From the NCBI RefSeq assembly GCF_009914755.1, contig NC_060931.1: DNA of 64,000 nucleotides; one strand, given 5' to 3'. Position numbers and translations under genes: made by a program. This document shows positions 54,814 through 64,000 of this stretch, piece after piece. This DNA is from the human T2T-CHM13v2.0 reference genome, Homo sapiens. Within the stretch, counting starts at the first letter, position 1. Each line of letters opens with the position of its first letter. The notes beneath the pieces were generated by a model. The model worked only from the letters and a program-made list of their open reading frames with translations. It was not told the origin of the DNA and did no database searches.

Positions 54814-54901
54814 TTAGGTTGGTGCAAAAGTAATTGCGGTTTTTGCCATTGCTTTTAATGCACCAACCTAATACGCTGAAATTACTTTTGCACCAACCTA
54901 A
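54814..54901. mobile_element. MADE1 (Hsmar1 MITE) with a rearranged right arm
   Basis: TA-ttaggttggtgcaaaagtaattgcggtttttgcc...aattacttttgcaccaacctaa-TA. Confidence 0.93.
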
Positions 54902-55009
54902 TATGTTGAAAGTCAGAGTATATTTGCAGTGATAGACACTGTTGAACCCTTATTATGATCCAGGAACTTCTCTATGCTTTGAAATGGATTGAGCATCTTT
55001 CTCTGGGCT

Positions 55010-55165
55010 GTTGGTCAGCTTTCACCAGGTTATGTTGCAGCAACAACCCTGAAATCTCATTGGCTTACAGCAACAGAGGTTTCCTTCTTGTGCATTATAT
55101 GTTGTTTGTGATGGCTTGGGATCTGCCCATATGGTTTCTTCAATGCAGGATCCAGGGCCATCATG
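55010..55165 (-). mobile_element. Old MaLR (MLT1-like) fragment
   Basis: ggttatgttgcagcaacaaccctgaaatctcattggcttacagcaacagaggttt. Confidence 0.6.
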
Positions 55166-55199
55166 GAACCTGGCAGTATTTGAAGGGCTGTCAAACTTT

Positions 55200-57075
<1,876 letters not shown>

Positions 57076-57124
57076 GGGCAATGAGCTTTGTTTATTTGTT
57101 TCTTACTGTATTAATAGCACCTAA

Positions 57125-57432
<308 letters not shown>

Positions 57433-57685
57433 AAGGCTCTTAATAGGTACTCTATGGCAATCTATTGAGGAAAGGAATACATCCTCATATGTGAAATGGG
57501 ATGACAGATCCCTCTCTCACTAATGTACAGAGTTATGTGGGTCATCAAATATAATCACTTAAGTTCAAGTCTCTTTAAAATGCTAATATGTTATGTAAAT
57601 TTAAGTGAATAGTGAAATCCTATTTAACTCTAAGCCCTAGGCAAAGTTCCAGAACTCTAACTGGGTCATGTTTAGAAGGCAAAAT

Positions 57686-58553
<868 letters not shown>

Positions 58554-59431
58554 AAATTGCTATGTTTGCAAAATAACAGACAATAAAAGTGATGTCTGGG
58601 CTTGCCTCTTCCTCTCCAGTCAACTCCATCATCAACCTTTCTGGGCTCTTCTTTCTTGGGTTCAATTTCTCTGTTCCCTCTGTTCTCCCATGAAGCCAGA
58701 TTCAAAGTTAGTGCAAGCGTACGGCCTTTATAAGCTCCAAGCCAGTCCTCAACAGAGGTCATTCCAATCCCTTACTCTCACACACCTGCTATGGTTAGAA
58801 TTGGGATAAAGGGGCTAGGAGAGCCCCTGCTTGGACCTTGATCCAAAATGACAGGTTTCAGTACAGTGTTCCAGAAATTCTCTTAATGGTTTATTGGGCA
58901 CCAACTCAATAAATAAGGTAGCCCTAGGATGCCTTAGCACCTCTTATTGGTTCTTGTAACCCTCCTTACTACTCTATAAATAATTACTTCATTAGATGCC
59001 TTTCAGTATATTTGTAGAGGATTTTCTTTTCTGATTCCTGTCTCCAACTCTCACTGGGCTTCCTCTCTTTCTCTCTCAGGCTGCCGGGGATGGTGGCTTC
59101 CCACTGCTGCTACTTCCCCAGTGCAACAATAGACCTTGTTGTTCCCTTAATTCTATGTATATTTCTTGGTTTCTAATGTAACCTCATCTCCCTGTGACTT
59201 CCCTCTAAGGGAACTTCCCTCTAAGGCCAACCAGTCTTGTCATAAAAGCAGTCCACCCAGGGCCTTCTCTGTGGTGCCTGAAATCTGGCCAAAAGGTGAC
59301 TTCACCACTCATTCCTCACCCAACAGTTATTGAAGAAATAAATATACCAGTGTTTTTTCTTTTTTATAACAAAACTCCTGAAAAGAGGGGTCTTTACTTA
59401 TAGTCTCTGATTTTTTTTCATCTCAACCCCA

Positions 59432-59803
59432 TGGTTAAGGTTTGGCTGTGTTCCCACCCAAATTTCATCTTCAATTGCAGCTCCCATATTTCCCACGTTT
59501 TGTGGGAGGGACCCAGTGGGAGATAATTGAATTGTGGGGGTGATTTCTCTTACACTGTTCTCATGGTAGTGAACAAGTCTCACAAGAGCTGATGATTTTA
59601 TAAGGGATTTCCCCTTTTGCTTGGCTCTTTCATTCCTTCTTTCCCTGCTGCCATGTAAGATGTGCCTTTCACCTTCCTCCATGATTGTGAGGTCTCTCCA
59701 GACACGTGCAACTGTAAGTCCATTAAACTTCTTTTTTTATATATATATAAATTACCCAGTCTTAGGTATGTCTTTATCAGCAGTGTGAGAGCAGACTAAT
59801 ACA
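59432..59803 (+). mobile_element. THE1B/C MaLR solo LTR
   Basis: ggtttggctgtgttcccacccaaat...gtatgtctttatcagcagtgtgagagcagactaataca; TSD (c/t)ccca. Confidence 0.92.
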
Positions 59804-61085
59804 TCCCACTGCTCCATCATATTTTCATTCCCACTCTTCCACAAATGCTATTTGTGTCAATATCATTACTGACCTCCACGTTGCTAAATGCATGGACCAA
59901 TTCTCAGTCTTATTCTGACTTGATGATGGGCAGCACTGACAAAATCGATTCCTCTTTCCTCCTTGAAACACCATTCCAAGGTTTAGGGAATCCTCTAAAC
60001 CATGGAGGGCCTGGGGCTCAATGGGCCTCTCTCCTTCTCCAATGATCTTCATTCATTCCCTTGGTGAATTTATCCAGCCATGTGGCTTACATACAATCTG
60101 CATACTGATCTATAATTTCCATCTGCATCCTGGGCCTCTCCCTGGAATTTCAGCTGCACATATCTACCTTTGCGATATCTTCACTTAAGTCTCTCATGGA
60201 CATCTCAGGTCAAACTCCTAATTTTCCATATTTCAGTAAGTGGCAACTCGATTGTCTGATGCTTAGCCTAAAAACCTTGATATCATCTTTGGCTTCTTTC
60301 TTTCTCACACCCCACATCAGTAAATCTTGTCACATCCACCTTCAAAATATATTCCAGTCCTGACCTCTTCCCACCACCTCTACTGCTACCATTGCAGGAC
60401 AAGGGTACAAGCCATTGACATGTAAATATGTCCTTGTTCAAATAGATGTCCCTTGACACAAATCTCCCTCCAGCTACCACCCAAAGGATGGTTAGTTTTC
60501 TCTCATTATTTTGGTCTCAGCTCTCTTATAAATTTTTATATTTTTTATTTATGAGACAGGGCCCTACTCTGTCACCCAGGCTGGAGTGCAACGGCATGAT
60601 CATACCTCACTACATCCTCCAATTCCTGGGCTCAAGTGATCCTCTCATCTCAGCCTCCTGAGTAGCTGGGACTACTGGCACGTGCCACCATGCCTTGCTA
60701 ATTGTTTTAATCTTTTGTAGAGGTGGGGTCTCTCTGTGTTGCTCAGGCTAGTCTTGAACTCCTGGGCTCAACCGATCCTCTTGCCTCAGTGTCCCAAAGT
60801 GCTGGGATTACAAATGTGAGTCACCATGCTCAGTCTCCACTCTCTTTAGAGAAGTCTTCACTGACACACCCATCTAAGGTTGCTCCCACTTTATCACCAT
60901 CTTTCTCCAGCCATTACACAATTTTTATTGCTTCCCTATTATCACTATGTAAAACATATATTTCACATATTTATCTTTTTTTTTTCTCCTTCAGTCTTGT
61001 AAATGTGTGTAACTTCTATGCTATGAAGTACCAAGAGCTTGGTACAGGGCTCATTCATATTATGACTGCCAACAAATATGTGTTA
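59804..61085 (+). mobile_element. L2 fragments with an AluJ (60540-60835 minus)
   Basis: gacctccacgttgctaaat; ctctttcctccttgaaaca; ccaccttcaaaatatattccag. Confidence 0.75.
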
Positions 61086-61845
61086 TATTATCAAATAAGT
61101 ACTCTTTAAAGCCATTCTTTTCTAAGAATGCTATAATGAATATACTAATGTATATTAGTGGTTTCCTTAAGCCTCATGGTATTGTGGTCGGAAGGAAATG
61201 AGATGACATGTTGAAAGCACTTTGTCAACTACAAAACATTATCTGAATATAAAAAGGTGCTCGCATTAATAAACATTCAAGGTTTCCTAAAACAAATGTC
61301 TTCCCTGAAGGAGGAGGATCCCTATATTTGGTATTTTTCTGGCCAAGGCAAGCTCATAAACTGACAAGGACACATGTGCGCACTCAAGATTAAGGGCAAA
61401 ACTTACATCCTATGTTTATGTTACATTGTTCTGTAATGCTTGTTTTGGCTTTATTGTGTGAGTTTAAAATGTCAAAGTATAAAAACCTCAGTAGGGGATG
61501 GCCCCTACTTAATGGAACAGCCAGGTTCCTCTGCTTTGACATTGTTCCCCGGAGTTTGCTGGGTGACTTCCCAGGAGCCTTAGAACTGCATATGCCAACA
61601 ATGTCAAGCGTATGATGAAAATAGTCTTAGCTCAAATATTTTCCCCTAGGCATTCTATTTTTTTTAAATCTTAGGAAAAAGAGAAAATATACATACAAAC
61701 TCTGTAGTATGAATGTATGTGGGGTTTTTCCCCCTCCTCTTTATCACTTTAAGGAAAGCTTCTCCTTTACAGACATAGTCAAGAGTAAGGTTGAGGGAAC
61801 ATTAAAGGGGAGAAATGCTACCTTCTTTTTGTTTTAAAATTTTAT

Positions 61846-62310
61846 GGCTGGGTGCGGCGACTCACGCCTGTGATCCCAGCACTTTGGGAGGCTGAGGCTA
61901 GGAGGATCACCTGAGGCTAGGAGTTCAAGACCAGCCTGGCCAACATGGTGAAACCTCATGTCTACTAAAAATACAAAAATTAGCTGGATGTGGTGGCATA
62001 CGCCTGTAGTCCCAGCTACTCTGGAGGCTGAGGCAGTGAGACTCCTGTGTCACCGGGGCTGGAGTGCAATGGCGCAATCTCGGCTCAATGCAACCTCCAC
62101 ATCCCAGTTCAAGCGATTCTTGGGCCTCAGCCCCCTGAGTAGCTGAGATTATAGGTGCCAGCCACCACACCCAGCTAATTTTTTGTATATTTAGTAGAGA
62201 CGGGGTTTCACCATCTTGGCTAGGCTGGTCTTGAACTCCTGACCTCGTGATCCACCCACCTTGGCCTCCCAAAGTGGTGGGATTACAACTGTGAGCCACT
62301 GCACCCAGCC
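61846..62310. mobile_element. Tail-to-tail fused Alus (plus 61846-62034; minus ~62047-62310) with both tails lost
   Basis: Alu matches; junction gaggcagtgagactcctgtgtcacc. Confidence 0.9.
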
Positions 62311-62889
62311 AAAAAATTTTTATTCCAAGTGTTTGACCTTAGGATTTTCTGGGCTTTTTTGGTCAGCCAGTGTATCTAGGTCAGGCATTTCAGATGTGGT
62401 TTTGTCATACACCATGGGCCGTGTCCAGGCATCCATCAGCCCACACCTCTGTTTCTGGCCCACTGAATACACTCACATCTATACACAAAGTACCTACATA
62501 GCATTCATGCTTCTCTTGTCGCCTCTCCAGTAAAATGTTCCAGCAAAAGACAGCAAGAGCCTGTGAGCACATCCCCACCACATACTTCCTTGGAATAAAG
62601 TATCCTGACTCAGAGACAGACATGATGCACAGTAAATTATGTTCAGCCATCCCGTAGGATTTCAGCCACTGTAGCTCTCTGAAAAGACAGAATTTGTGTC
62701 AAACGGTAACGAAGAGGGTATGTGTTTCCTCCGCATTTATAGAAGCTAAATCTATTTTTCCTTAAGGGTGAGGTCATAACCACAGTATTTGCAGCAATCC
62801 CTTCCATCTCAGTAGACAACATGTTTTTCTGAAAATACATTCCACAGACCATGAGAGATGCAAGGTGGTCTCTAATAGAAGGCACTGGT

Positions 62890-63105
62890 GGTCAAGTAAG
62901 TACAGATACTCTGCATACCATAGTGCCCTGTAGGAGATAGTCAACGCATAATAACAGAGTAAAGCCTCTGAGATTTTTCTGCAAGGGAAAAAAAAATCAC
63001 TTAATCTTGGGTAACTCTATACTTCCTCAATTTATATCACAGAACTCTTGACGCTTATTTCTCTTAAAACCAGTGTTCTATCAAATGGCCTTTGGGAAAC
63101 ACTGT
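62890..63105. mobile_element. Old hAT-Charlie MITE (MER103-like)
   Basis: Ends ctttgggaaacactg; internal taaagcctctgag. Confidence 0.45.
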
Positions 63106-63378
63106 TGTGGACTCTTAGATTTGTGAGCAAATCTAATTAACTTTATTTCAGACCTTGAAATGTGAGAAAGGGCTAATTGGTGTTGCATTTTCTTACCAAG
63201 CTGTCTCACAATGACTCTGCATCAGATTAAGCCAGAAGTGCGAGCATGTTCCTAAACAGCAGGGCAGAAAGCTTCACCAAAGCCTCCTGCTCATGATGAA
63301 GAAATATGATGTTCTTAACATTAGAATTGCAGATATGTTTTGCATAAGTGCATTCCAACCATATAACTTTACATTTAG

Positions 63379-63800
<422 letters not shown>

Positions 63801-64000
63801 AAGGCATTTGTTTTGAAAACAAATATAAAATCAAATTTCCCCAGGAAGGAGATGATGGAGAGGAGTTTTGAGGTATCATTAGAAGAGAATAAGATGAAGT
63901 GGGAAAAGGCATTCTGAAAGGGAAGCCTGGGATGTAGTGTCCCGCTATGGCTGGAGTGGGAACTGAGACTGGGAAGAAGGCAGCTGCTAGACCACAGGAA

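Noticed and set aside
58770-59380. Possible old LTR between L2 fragments
   Set aside because: I could not identify termini or a family with confidence.

Overview
Primate (catarrhine, probably human) non-coding genomic DNA. I see no intact host protein-coding gene, RNA gene or CpG island. Roughly 100 Alu copies or fragments make up about 40% of the window by eye, and almost every ORF in the track is an Alu or L1 artefact. The left ~11 kb is the decayed remnant of a minus-strand ZNF91-type KRAB zinc-finger locus: a broken KRAB-B exon, two diverged copies of its downstream intron, and L1M debris. 11.5-19.2 kb holds three plus-strand ERV1 relics: MER4-group internal sequence and LTR; an env-TM remnant with its 3' LTR; and a 5' LTR with a Ser-like PBS and gag-MA remnant. 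The rest is Alu-dense, with L1M, L2, MIR, hAT-Charlie, MER41, THE1 and MADE1 elements and a full-ORF TMA7 processed pseudogene. The least ordinary signals are three further poly(A)-tailed minus-strand inserts of non-L1/non-Alu RNA inside old L1s (one a clean LTR-unique-LTR chimera with an 18-bp TSD) and several templated or inverted Alu rearrangements. I find no evidence of a new biological system. Repeat subfamily calls come from recalled consensus sequences, and most repeat boundaries are approximate.
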